64,000 nucleotides of DNA from a virus: positions 96,001 through 160,000 of the IMG/VR virus record IMGVR_UViG_3300014911_000001; one strand, given 5' to 3'. Below are positions 28,673 through 40,400 of this stretch, one piece after another. The translations under genes and the position numbers were made by a program. The first letter of the stretch is position 1, and each line of letters begins with the position of its first letter. Below the pieces are notes generated by a model, which saw only the letters and a list, made by a program, of their open reading frames with translations, was not told the origin of the DNA and made no database searches.

Positions 28673-31600
28673 GCCCTTTCTTTTCCAGAGTGATTTAGCA
28701 CGCATACGCACAGATGAGACATTGCGCAGCCGTTATGGGTGGGGTCGTACACTTTTGCGTTTTGGAGTGGCGATGGCTTCCTTTGCTGTTTTGTCTTATG
28801 GTGCGCGTTCCTTATCGCGTGCATGGCGTGCATTGGCCACATCTGGAGCATTATCACGGAAGTTTGTTGAAGGCGTTAAGGTAGTAAAGAAGTTAGGGCT
28901 TGAGCAGGGTAACTTACTTGATGTAATATTATCAGTATCTAGGCGTGCGCGTCGAGTTGCTTATAAATATGTTAAGTGGTCGCAAGATTATAGGGATGCG
29001 TCGCGGCTTCTGCATTTTGGTAAGGCATTAAGGAAAATATGGAGCGGTGGTAAAGCATCATTAAAGGGTTTTAGGAAGGCGCGTGAGGCTTATCGACGGG
29101 TTGGATTACGAGGTGCATTGTTTGGTGCCTTTTTGCGTGGTGCAGAAAGAGGTGTTGGATTTGCGATTTTATCTTCGGCTGCTGATGCATTAACACATTC
29201 ATTTATAACACCTGCGGATAGAGAGAAGACAAGAAAGTATGGTCCTGTTGCTCGTGTGAAGCGTTTTTTCACTGATGCTGTCCTATTTAGTGGATTACAA
29301 GGACTTTGGGGTGTATCAAAAGTTGCCTTTCCTACCTATATACATAGGTATAGCCCACAAATACAGCGTTTTCTTACCCGCATTGGAGCGCCTACTTATG
29401 TGGCTAAGTTTTATGGATGGAGGCGTCGCTTCTATGATTATCTAATTCGTGCTATAGAATATAAGCAGAAGTTTACTCAGAAATTGCAAGGTGCTAATAT
29501 ATGGCAGCACATAAAGCAGCAGATGAAGGAGCATCCCGGGTTAGGTGCTATTGCAACCTATTTGCGGGAGCAGATAAGGGAAGCTCATCTACATGCTAAG
29601 AAATCGTTTAGGAGGCCGGGTGGATTTCCACCAAGGAGTGGTTATGATACGGTTATAACAATGATGAATTATGCGAAAGAGGTTAATGTTAAGGATCCTA
29701 AGTTTGCAGCGGAGATTGCAGCTCAAGCTGTTGGACGTTATAAAGGTGTGAGTAAGTGGCGGCGGCTTCTTAATATCGAACGTGAAAGGTTGACCAAGAA
29801 GCAGGCTGTTGCTTTCAGGGAGATGCTTGAGAAAATGGGGTTTAGCAAGTCATGGATCGAGACATTAAAGGGGGAGGAACGCAAGTTTTATGAGAATCTG
29901 TATTACCGTGTGATGAGGGGACCATTGTTCCATGGTCCCGGATGGTTTGAAGTAGCCGGGCAAAAGTTTTCACAGTATGAGACGCGTTATTTTGTAAAAG
30001 GAATTCTCCAGAATCTATATGCTGGTCGATGGAGGGGGGTTACACGCATTTTGGCTTCTGCGGCGGGCTTAGACCTCTATGCCAACCGCAGACCTGTATT
30101 TATCTTCCATCCTACCATGGATATTCCGATGAGCGTTCCTATACCGACTGATGAGGGTGTTCGTATGCTACGCTTGGTAACCGAACGTGGTAATGATCGG
30201 GTTCGTCATGGGATTGTATTCTTACAGAATAAATTGTACAGATTATCGCCGACAGAGGAGGGTGGTGAATATTTTGTGGATAGGGTTATAGAGAATGTTA
30301 AATTATATGAGAGCCCGGCTTATAACATATTAAAGAGGGAGTTAACGCAGTATTATATCAAGCAGAGGCGGCGCACGGATGAGATAGGTTTGCGTCCACC
30401 CGGTGAATATGTTAGGGATATAATCAGGAAATTATCGCGGGGTGTTGATAAGGCTAGCTTAGAGGAATTGGTTAATGTATATAAGTCAACCCGTTCGACG
30501 GCCCATATTATCTTTGGTAAATTGTTATCAAAGAAGGAGGTCCGTGAGGTTGCATCGCAGATCTTGGAGCAATTAGGCGCGAGTAGAGCGCAAAGGATCT
30601 TGCAGATGGATGAGGCATCATTAATCAGGGAACTTGAGAAGGTTATAGAAAAGCCTGCACAGGTAACGGAGCGGCTTCGTAACAAGTTTATCTATCTTAT
30701 AAATGCATCACGGAGTAGGATGAGGACTATGAAGGATCTTTTGAATCAGGAGTTTATAGGTTCTGGATATGCAGAAGCACGGGCTAGGCATGTTATTGAG
30801 TCGTTCTTAATTGAGCAGCATTTGACACCAGAAATAAGGGCGAAATTCTTTAGCAGGCTTGCTGAGGAGCAGTTGATCGGGAAGTGGATAAGGAAGCCGG
30901 CTTATACACATTTCTTCAAAGCATTAGCAGAGCTAGCACCTGTTGAGATGGATGCAGAAGCTCTAAGGTCTACTATAAAGGGCGCGCTTAATGATATTGT
31001 AGTCGGTTGGAAAAAATTACCTACAGTTGATCCATTTAGGCCGATATCTGCCTTATTCCAGTATGGTGGATTGGGTATCCACAGGTTATTTGAACCTACC
31101 ATAGAAGGTATACGGGTAATGGGTACTACAGTACCATTTACTGTTGTTAGAGAAGGTATGAGTCCATTTAAACGGTATACGGTAACAAGTTTATTGTTTT
31201 CCCATCACTTACGGCGCATATGGGGATTTATGGATTATGTAAGCAAAGCTCCTCGCAAGTTTCCTATTATCAGGCATTTATTAAGGCGATTAGACCCTAG
31301 ATTGGCTGATACGGCGCATATCTTTCCATTTGAGACTAATACTACTGGTTGGACGGCTTCAGATATGATAAAGAATTTATGGAAGCCGGCGGCTACATTA
31401 TTGGCATTAGGTGTAGGATATAAGGCTGTTGATACATTCTTTGATGAAAGTGGTTTATTTGAAGGGACTGCATTAGGAGAGGGGTTGACACCTGCTATAC
31501 TGGATGCATATGCATTAGGTCGTCTTTCCTTGGCAAGAGTATTGGATATTGCAGGTGTAACTGATGCAGCGCGGTATTTAGAGGGATTAATGCCGGGGTC

Positions 31601-34481
31601 TACGACATGGTTGCCGGGTGCACTATATGGCGTATGGAAGTTTGCACCTGCGGGGCCGGCGGCTTCCGCTATGGGTGCATTAATAATGGGTGCTGTTAAT
31701 AAAATGTTAGCGCCATTTTTGCCTGATTTAACAAAGAGTTATGATCAACTGAAAAGGATATATAGAGGTGAGGAGTATGTGCCTGTAAGGAGAGCAAGGT
31801 ATTGGCCTCTATCTTTAACTCCTTGGGAGGGTTATGATATTGAATATTGGCGGCCTTCTCTATGGTTCATTGTAAGACAGCAGGCAAAATACACTCCTGA
31901 TATAAGTGGTAGCAAGATACAGTCCTTGTTACAGGGTGACTGGTTGTTTGGTTATAATCCATTGCGTATGTTTGATCCATATGCTAAGGAAAGACAGCAT
32001 TATTTCTCTAGGCCGGCGCCTCTCACACAGTTGCCATTTTGGGATGTGCCAGTTATAGGGCCGTTTTTAGCTTTAACTGTTGGGCAGGTATTGAAACCAC
32101 AGCAGATGATGCATACAGCCTTTTTGAAGGAGATGTATCCCGGTGAGTATGGTGTGCCGAAGGGTGAAGTTGTCACACCGGAGGATTTATCTAATCCTGA
32201 TCAATATGTATCAGCTATGCAATCCAATCAAGCTGTTGCAATGTTAATGAATAGATATGCGGGGCGGGCTTACAGGCATGTCACAGGAGATATGCTTAAT
32301 AGAGGTATAACAGAAACTCTGTATAGATCGATGGAGATGGCGGGCTTAAGAGGTTACCTAACATCGTTATTATTAGGAACACAGACACCGCTTAATTTCA
32401 GTAGGTATCTAGAAATGTATGGTGAAAACGAAGGGTTTTTATCTGAGTACTGGAACATGGAGCTTAATGATGTAGCTGGTGGATTGTCTGAGATGATAAG
32501 AAGATTCCGGCCTGACAAGCGGATAAATACAGTTAACCCTATCCCCAACCTTATGGCACAATTTTTACCCGAAGGAGAGTATGGTGGTAGCGATTTTCTA
32601 CATGGTGATCCTTATACTAAAATTCCTATGGGTTTCATAAGATTGCCAGGGACTGGATATGAAGCAACACATAATGTAATGCATACATTTCCTGCATCGT
32701 TAAGAATGTTGGGTAAGACAGTAACAGAGATAAGGGACATTATGGCCGGGTGGGAGGATATTATTGAGGAGAGAACGGAACGGGAGCTAAATCAATTTTA
32801 TGATGCCAAAAAGATTGTGCAGGGATTGCTTGAGATATCAGGACAGAATGTTGAGATGGATGTGCAGATTTACGATCCATATAACAACATTGTTGGTACC
32901 GTTGATGCAGTTGTGAGGAGAGGGCGATTTAGGCAACCTATTATTATACGTCCTGTTAGTGAGGAGGAATTTAGGGAGCTTGTTGCCCCGAAGGAGGAGC
33001 ATGCGAGTCAGGTAAATTTTGCTATGAAGTTTTTTGGTGCGAAGACGGGTAAATTGATTTATGTGAATGTAAGATCGCCTGAACAGATTAAGACATATAC
33101 CATCTTTTTTGATCCATCAAGGTTAAGAGAGGATATAAGTGCATTAAAGAGGGCGAGGGAACAGGCTGGTGAGTTGTTAAGGGCAGGAGCTGTTTTTGAT
33201 TATGGTCGTAGTTATAGCTGGTTTGATAGATATAGAATTTTAGCTGATGTTGCTCCTTTATCTGATCAATATAAGCAGGCGCGTGCTATTGTATTGAAGC
33301 AATTGCAACAGGGATTTTTGCCACCTGAGTTATGGGATGAGGTGCATGAGATTGAGCGAAGGCGGCGGCTTCAGCTTTTAAAATATCCTATGTATGTGCG
33401 TCGTTTTACTGGTGAAAATGTTGTTGAAACGGTGCAGAAGCTTTTGCATCCGCCTAGGCTTTCCGGCAGGGAGTTATCGCTATCTTTGAATCCATATTTA
33501 AGGTCGCCTGATGAATACAGTTTACCAGAAAGGATCGTAGGTAGTATCTGGGAGACATTTACACATTTACCAACACCTTATAATAGGAAATTCTTTTTCC
33601 AGTATTCACCGTCAGAGATTTATAAGTATTTCCATTTATATGATCGGGAGTATAAAGCATGGACGCGGCCTATTGAGGATTGGGTTAAGCCACAGGTTAG
33701 GACGATGCTTGCTTCACAAGGCGTAATGGAGGGCGCGGCTTCATGGGCTACAGCAGGTTATGCTGTTGGTAGGTTATACGGCGGGCTTATAGGTGCAGTG
33801 GCTGGATCCATATATGGGTTGATACCTAAGCCGCCGATGATACCGGAGGATGTGGAGAAGGCGCGCGAGGCTTATTCGTATTATGATAAATTGAAATATG
33901 CACGTAACATGCAGTTTTATGTTATGACAGGTAATAGAATATATGAGGAGCGTGCTGAGCGGACCTTATTGGGTGCGAAGAACTTACGTGATTATGTAAG
34001 AGCATTACCACGTTTTGAGCGCCCATTTACTGTAGCGTTTATGAACATAACTGATGAGAGTGAAAGAGAAAGGATAAGGCAGATTATATCACCTGAGGCG
34101 CGTCGTGCCTTGGATGCAGCATGGGCGAGACGTGAATTGCGGTATAGTGTTGAAGAAGGTGGTTATGAAGAGGTACCGAGAACACCAGCTAATTGGGCTG
34201 GTTGGATTTTTGCGATACCTGATGAGGATATTTATGTGAAGGAGCTTGAGCAGCGGGGTGTTGATCCTCTAGATTTTGGTTATGGTTATCATGGTCAGGC
34301 AGCTGCTGTACGCCGTCTATCTGAAGATTTTGCTATACCTGATCAAACTGTAGACGTCGTAAATATTATGGATGTACAGGAAACGATAGTAAGGTCATTG
34401 CAGGCGCAGGGTATTAATGCTTCTGTATCCATCATGGGATTTGATAATAGTAGAAGAGTTGATGTTGTTATTTATAAATAA
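28650..34481 (+). CDS. Tape-measure-like/ejection giant protein with transmembrane segments and a degenerate Cas4-like PD-(D/E)XK domain
   Basis: 1943 aa, basic helical N-half, several hydrophobic/glycine-zipper helices, GTVDAVV...PKEEHASQV segment; tape-measure position. Confidence 0.6.
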   Translation: MTVVRRNKPFLFQSDLARIRTDETLRSRYGWGRTLLRFGVAMASFAVLSYGARSLSRAWRALATSGALSRKFVEGVKVVKKLGLEQGNLLDVILSVSRRARRVAYKYVKWSQDYRDASRLLHFGKALRKIWSGGKASLKGFRKAREAYRRVGLRGALFGAFLRGAERGVGFAILSSAADALTHSFITPADREKTRKYGPVARVKRFFTDAVLFSGLQGLWGVSKVAFPTYIHRYSPQIQRFLTRIGAPTYVAKFYGWRRRFYDYLIRAIEYKQKFTQKLQGANIWQHIKQQMKEHPGLGAIATYLREQIREAHLHAKKSFRRPGGFPPRSGYDTVITMMNYAKEVNVKDPKFAAEIAAQAVGRYKGVSKWRRLLNIERERLTKKQAVAFREMLEKMGFSKSWIETLKGEERKFYENLYYRVMRGPLFHGPGWFEVAGQKFSQYETRYFVKGILQNLYAGRWRGVTRILASAAGLDLYANRRPVFIFHPTMDIPMSVPIPTDEGVRMLRLVTERGNDRVRHGIVFLQNKLYRLSPTEEGGEYFVDRVIENVKLYESPAYNILKRELTQYYIKQRRRTDEIGLRPPGEYVRDIIRKLSRGVDKASLEELVNVYKSTRSTAHIIFGKLLSKKEVREVASQILEQLGASRAQRILQMDEASLIRELEKVIEKPAQVTERLRNKFIYLINASRSRMRTMKDLLNQEFIGSGYAEARARHVIESFLIEQHLTPEIRAKFFSRLAEEQLIGKWIRKPAYTHFFKALAELAPVEMDAEALRSTIKGALNDIVVGWKKLPTVDPFRPISALFQYGGLGIHRLFEPTIEGIRVMGTTVPFTVVREGMSPFKRYTVTSLLFSHHLRRIWGFMDYVSKAPRKFPIIRHLLRRLDPRLADTAHIFPFETNTTGWTASDMIKNLWKPAATLLALGVGYKAVDTFFDESGLFEGTALGEGLTPAILDAYALGRLSLARVLDIAGVTDAARYLEGLMPGSTTWLPGALYGVWKFAPAGPAASAMGALIMGAVNKMLAPFLPDLTKSYDQLKRIYRGEEYVPVRRARYWPLSLTPWEGYDIEYWRPSLWFIVRQQAKYTPDISGSKIQSLLQGDWLFGYNPLRMFDPYAKERQHYFSRPAPLTQLPFWDVPVIGPFLALTVGQVLKPQQMMHTAFLKEMYPGEYGVPKGEVVTPEDLSNPDQYVSAMQSNQAVAMLMNRYAGRAYRHVTGDMLNRGITETLYRSMEMAGLRGYLTSLLLGTQTPLNFSRYLEMYGENEGFLSEYWNMELNDVAGGLSEMIRRFRPDKRINTVNPIPNLMAQFLPEGEYGGSDFLHGDPYTKIPMGFIRLPGTGYEATHNVMHTFPASLRMLGKTVTEIRDIMAGWEDIIEERTERELNQFYDAKKIVQGLLEISGQNVEMDVQIYDPYNNIVGTVDAVVRRGRFRQPIIIRPVSEEEFRELVAPKEEHASQVNFAMKFFGAKTGKLIYVNVRSPEQIKTYTIFFDPSRLREDISALKRAREQAGELLRAGAVFDYGRSYSWFDRYRILADVAPLSDQYKQARAIVLKQLQQGFLPPELWDEVHEIERRRRLQLLKYPMYVRRFTGENVVETVQKLLHPPRLSGRELSLSLNPYLRSPDEYSLPERIVGSIWETFTHLPTPYNRKFFFQYSPSEIYKYFHLYDREYKAWTRPIEDWVKPQVRTMLASQGVMEGAASWATAGYAVGRLYGGLIGAVAGSIYGLIPKPPMIPEDVEKAREAYSYYDKLKYARNMQFYVMTGNRIYEERAERTLLGAKNLRDYVRALPRFERPFTVAFMNITDESERERIRQIISPEARRALDAAWARRELRYSVEEGGYEEVPRTPANWAGWIFAIPDEDIYVKELEQRGVDPLDFGYGYHGQAAAVRRLSEDFAIPDQTVDVVNIMDVQETIVRSLQAQGINASVSIMGFDNSRRVDVVIYK

Positions 34482-37400
34482 TGGCAGTTATAAGGAAAAA
34501 ACATACATATTTGCGTACTTTTACACGCAGGAAGGAGCGGGAGAAGGGCAACCGTTTTGCGAAGTTTGGACTGGGGGTTGCTGCTCTTGTGCCCATTGTT
34601 TATTTGGTCAGGGGGCGCGGCTTCGAAAGGCTACATGATTTTCTTAAGACCTTTGCTGAGGCTTCATATAAGAAAGAGGCGCGGGCTTCAGAAGCATCTC
34701 TATGGGCATATGGGCCTCTTGATAGGATAAAAAAGGCATTTATGGATAATCCATTTTTATCGGTACTGGGTACTGTTACCAAAAAGGAAGCACAAGGAAG
34801 GTCTGTAAGGGAGGTATTGAATAAATTAAAGGATATTGTCGAGCTCTTGCGTGAATATTATTCGGTAGCTGAAATAAGAAAATTATTTAATGAGGATATT
34901 ATTCCTTATGCTGATAAAGCGTCTAAGCTTATTGTTGAGGAGGAAAAGCAATTAGTATATAAGTATCAGTTAATGTTTGAGCGGGCGCTTAAAATTCTCA
35001 CGAGGAAGATTAATGAAAAAGGGTGGCTTCCGCGAGACCCATTTCATTTTCGTCTCCTAAGTAAGTATTTACCACATAGCTACAAATTTGGATTGTTTTA
35101 TGGTACGATGCCGAGTTTTTCGGCGCCTCTATTTGAGATTTCTACAGCTAGTGAGCAGTTTGCACAGATTTTCCAAAGGGAGATAAAGAATCTATCAGAA
35201 AGTGAGGTTTTACTTGGTCAACATGTTGAGCAGGTTATAAAAGATTATGTAAAAAAGCATGTAGTTGTAAATCCTGAGTGGGAGCTTGCTGCTAGTGAGG
35301 TGTTTAAGCATCTATCAGCTGAGGAGCATTTACAGGTCCGAAATCTTGTTACAAGAATTACAGAGCAGGTAGCTAAGTGGTTGCATCGTCATGCCGGTAT
35401 TGATGCAACAGATTTGCCTGATGTGCATGTTGTTATAAAGGCGCAGCGTTATTATGATGTTCCTATGCTAGTTGCTCAGCTGTCGGTTGTTGATCTGCGT
35501 GGGGTCAAAAGGAGTATAGAGATCAAGCTTGGTGTTCCCCAGAAAAGTGGATTGATGGCAGCTATAGGAAATTATCCAACAGCAAATGTCAGATTTGCTC
35601 AAGGTAACAGGGTAAGGTCGATCTTTTCCTTGAAGCTGGAGCGCTTAGGCGAGATGTTTGAGCATGCCTTGAACGATTTATACGAAGGGAAGTCAGAGGA
35701 TTATGTTACCAGACGCATTCATAGAATCATTGGACGATATGATTTATATGGAACTGGGCGTAATGATAAAGCATTCCAGTTGGTGCATTCCATTGTTGAT
35801 AAGGACTTTAAGGATTATGCGGCTTATAATGCTAAAAAGAGATTTTTGAAGCGCGCTGCTGAGTTGGTGCTTGGTGTGAGAAAAGGCAAGTATCGGGTGT
35901 TTATGGATGCTGAGTGGGTTATGGCTGGTATATCGAGTACTGGGACTCAATATGCAGTGACTGAATCCCGCCGGCGCTTGATATGGAGTTTTGCCATACA
36001 AGTTTTTGATGATCTTGGTAATGAGGTTGATAAGTTGGTTGTATTTATAGATCCGAAGACGATAAGCGATGAGTTCTTCATGTCGCAGGTGCGTCGTTTT
36101 GGATTATCAAAGGCAGCTGCTGAGGAGGCATTAAAAGCGGTTAGAGGTCGTGTTGCGATGCCTGCTGGATATGTCAGAGTTGATAGTGAGATGGAAGCCA
36201 GCCGGCTTATATGCAAGAAAATAAAAGACATAATTAATAAATATGGTAAGGATGATCTACTTGTTATGGGTAAGAACTTCTGGAGCTCAGAGGTTGCATT
36301 GTTGGAGCGGGCCTTTAAAGCTGACAGTAATATATTAAATTATATCAAAAGAAAGTTAGTTGATATAGAGGATATATATAGGTTGGTATATGGTGCTAAG
36401 GCTATTAACAGGTCATTAAGTGTTGAGGCTATTCTCGATTATGTAAAGGTATCGGATGAAGGATCGAAGCTATTGGGCCGGCTTCTTAATTATGAACCGA
36501 GGGTTGAGGTCCAAGCGTTTGCTAATTTAGTTAGGTCGCTACATTTTGGTGAGCAAGATAACAGGATTGCATACATCCTATCAAAAATTGCGGAGAGCAT
36601 GGTTAATAATGATCCTGAGTTGCGTGAGAGAGTACTAAGGATTTATGATATTGTAGCGAAGTCACAGGGAGCTGTTTTATCATTTACAACGCAGCAGGAG
36701 TTCATGCAGCGGGCTTACAATTATGTAAAGGAGCAATTGAAATCTGTTGGTGTTGGTTCGCCTAATGCTGCGCGTAAGTGGCGTTTTGAATATCCGTTTA
36801 ATCCGGCTGATTGGGTTCCGCTATTTGTTCCCACCTTGGAGAAACAGAGGTATCAGTTAGGCCGCGGCTTACCTTTATCGGAGGCGTCGAAAAGATTGCT
36901 TGAAACTCTTAAGAAGGAATATGCTAGGCGCGTATTAGGGTTGGGTGAGGCTGATATCAATTATCTAGGACCGGCGCTTATTTCTATGCCATTTAAGAGA
37001 TTCCTAGAACAGCAGATGTTATATAATGTCCGTAGTGTATTTACGATACCTGTCTTCTCAACATTTTTCCCATTTGCTGGCGAAGGACATATGTTTATAC
37101 ACAGGAGACTTACTGAGCTATCGACAGTAGTGCAGGAGGTGATTAGTCAGAAAATTCCGATAAGTAGGTTGGAGAATATGGATGCTCGTATGCAGTTGTG
37201 GGTGAAGCTTTTTGAATCTGCCATGGAGGCTGTTAAGACATCTCCGAAGTTGGGTGAGTTAATTAAAAGCAAATTTAATAATGATATTGTTAAGTTTTTG
37301 AGAGCTGTAGATTTGTCGATTGTTATTGGTAGATATCGTGGATGGATAAAGGATTCTGAGCGGTTGGCTAATGTTTTAGTGCAGTTGTTTCCGGGGTTTC

Positions 37401-40400
37401 CTATCAAGCGTTTTGTTGGTCATGCTATTGGTAGGAATCTAAGAGGTCTTACTATAAAGCAGTATATGGCACTGCGCCGCGGTGTGAGTGCACCAAAAAT
37501 AAATTTGGGGGATATATGGAAGGAGATATTTAGCGACAAAGCAGCTGCTCATCCATTATACGACATGTTGAGTAATGATAATATGTTGAAACTTGGATTG
37601 ATGGATGAGTCTGCTCAGGCAGGTTATGCACAATGTGCATTAATAAGGGAAATCTTTAATAGATTGGTAGAATCGGGGCTTCATCTTACCAACCCAGAGC
37701 AGTACATCAAGTATGGTACTTTCGTAATGACGGACCGGCTTCAGCTTGGTGATAAGGTTGTAAAAATTGGTTATAATGGTAAATTGGTTTTTAATAAAAT
37801 AATTACATCTTATGATCTTACAGGTGTACCTTCATTAGATTTTTCACTTACCTATGAGATAGTTTTGCCAACTCCCTTAAAGTGGGTTACATATTATCAA
37901 AAAGGTATGGGGACAGCACAGCGCTGGTCCTTAAGCCAATTTCCATATTATCTTATAGAACCGGCACGTTTTATGGAGCGTGGTGAATTGGGCATCTTTA
38001 TAGAGACAGAGATGACCCGGCTAAAGGAGGCATTAATTAAAAAATATGGTGTGCGGGAAGCCGCCAATGTTATGTCAAAGATGACAAAGGACCTCAATGA
38101 TTATATGAATAGAGTGGTTAATTACGCTATTAAGGAGCACGGGCTTCCCATCAAACTTACCAGTCCGTTGTTTATATTCAATCCCAAAATGATGGCAATA
38201 GAGGGCAATTATGATTTGTTTAACACATTGACAACAGAACAAAAGGGATTATTGTGGACAGTATTTTTGGAGGGTTTACCTGAGAAGGTGGGAAAGATTG
38301 GTGGATATCCAAGCTTGTTTGATTATCTTGAGGCTAAATTCAAGGAGCATGGTATTGTTGTAACTCCCCAAGAAAGGAGGATATTCAGAAGATATGTACA
38401 GAAACAATATGCGTTGTATAAGAACAAAAAGATAAGCGAAAAGGAATTTTTTGAAACAGTCTTGCTGAAGGACATAGCTGATGAGAGGATACGAAACTGG
38501 TTTAGCAGATTATATTATGGAGATGATAGGGAGCAGCTGGCGCGCTTATTCGATATATATCAGATAAAATTAGGTAAAAGGGTTGTTGAGCTTATTGGTT
38601 TGGGCCGTCATAGCCCCTTTGGGTTGGGTGATACGGCTCTAACTAGTACCTACAAAAGTTTTGTTCGTATACCAATGCAGATGTATTGGGATATCCATCG
38701 CTGGCCTCATTTAGAGGGTATGGCTCAATTTATTGATGCCTTCCAAGCTCAGAATCTACCTATTTATGAGACACTTCTTAAGATGGCTGATATGCTAAAA
38801 ATGAGTCAGTCATCTATTGATGAGTTGGTGAAGGCAGGGGGTATCTATGCTGTACCGGTGCGGCGCTTCTTTGACTTTGTGCGCAAACATATGAATCTTC
38901 TTAGGTCAATAAGGGAGGATATATATGTACCAGAAAAGATATTAGAGGAGGCTCATGGTGATATGGTTCGTGCTGTCCAAATGATGCTTGATCTGGGTGT
39001 ATCGTTAACGGATTTTAAGGAGAATGCTATAAAGTTTGAAGGCGCGCAGGTCCGTGCGCAGGTTGCCAAGGAAGTGCAGGATTTCCTCAGACAGATATTT
39101 GAGGAGGCGCAAGGGAAGCGCGTTGTTATCGATGTAGGCAGGGCAATGTCTGTTTCCTATAAGAACCTTGAGTCGATGATTGGTCAGAATGATGCTATTA
39201 TTAGGGATCTTATAAAATATTTAGAGAGAATGGGTTACAACAAGCTGAAGTATATACCATTGGGGACAAGGGAATTTTGGGATCTGTCATTCCACCAGAT
39301 TGGTAGAGACCAAGTTATTGTTGAGCCTCAGGTTAAGAAGTTGCTGCAATTAATGGCATCGATTGCATCAATTAAGGGTAAGGTGCAAGCAACTGGTGTG
39401 CCATCGGCGCAGGTTAAATTTGAAGAGAGAAATGTATTTTATAAGCAGTTTGTTAATTATCTTGGTTCTATAGCTAGTAGCTTTATAGGCCGGCAATCCT
39501 TATGGGCACGCACTGCTGTAACACATCTTCCTGGTGTTGAGGGTGTTGGACTTCCGTCCTTCTTGCTTTTTAATAAGTCGCGGCTTCTTGACACAGTTGT
39601 ATGGGAGCCATTTACGACCTATGTTGATGCTTCTGTTATTGAGAATCTCAGAGGTATGTTGGAAGCCGCCGGCTTCTCCAAGGAATTTATCGATGCTTTT
39701 TACAAGGGCAGTCCTAATGTAGCATTTTTAGGTATGCCCGGACGTATGCCATTCCACCCCGGTATGGGATTGATAGGATTTATAAAGAGTTTAACCAAGC
39801 AGCAGAAGAAACATGTTTCATCTGTAAGCGATGCCGTTAAAATATATATGGATCCTTTATTGATAACGAAGGTTCTATTAGGTGACTGGGATACAGATAG
39901 ATTGATGGCGTTACTAACAATGACATCTCCGAAGGGTGCTGAGGATATAACAAGGATATGGAAGTGGGTCTATGGTTTATCAGATCAGGATGTTGCATTT
40001 CTTATGTCGTATGGTAAGTTTAGAGCTGGTGACAGGAAGGCTATAGGTGAATTGCAGACATTTTTTACGTCTGTTTTTGAGAAGATGACAAAAGAGCAGA
40101 AGGAGGCATATATACAGAGCAAAGAGTTTGAGGATATGCTCCACAAAAGATTATCAGCCATTGTTGCAAGAATGAAGGAAGGATATTTGAGCTGGTTTGG
40201 TAAGTCTGAGGCAGAAGAGTTAAGCGAGCGGGTCGAGTTTTTAGTGACAGGTGATGTGACGAAGATACCGACAACGGAGGGTAAGGTTATTTATTTACCG
40301 ACTATATTAGCGCAGATGCGTGGTTATACGATGAAGATTGAAAAAATGTGGCCATTTATACAGGAGGCCAAGGAAATTGCGAGGAAGGAAGGAATTCCAT

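Noticed and set aside
28250-28700. Lambda G/GT-type tail chaperone frameshift
   Set aside because: No convincing slippery site before either stop codon; each ORF has its own coupled ATG
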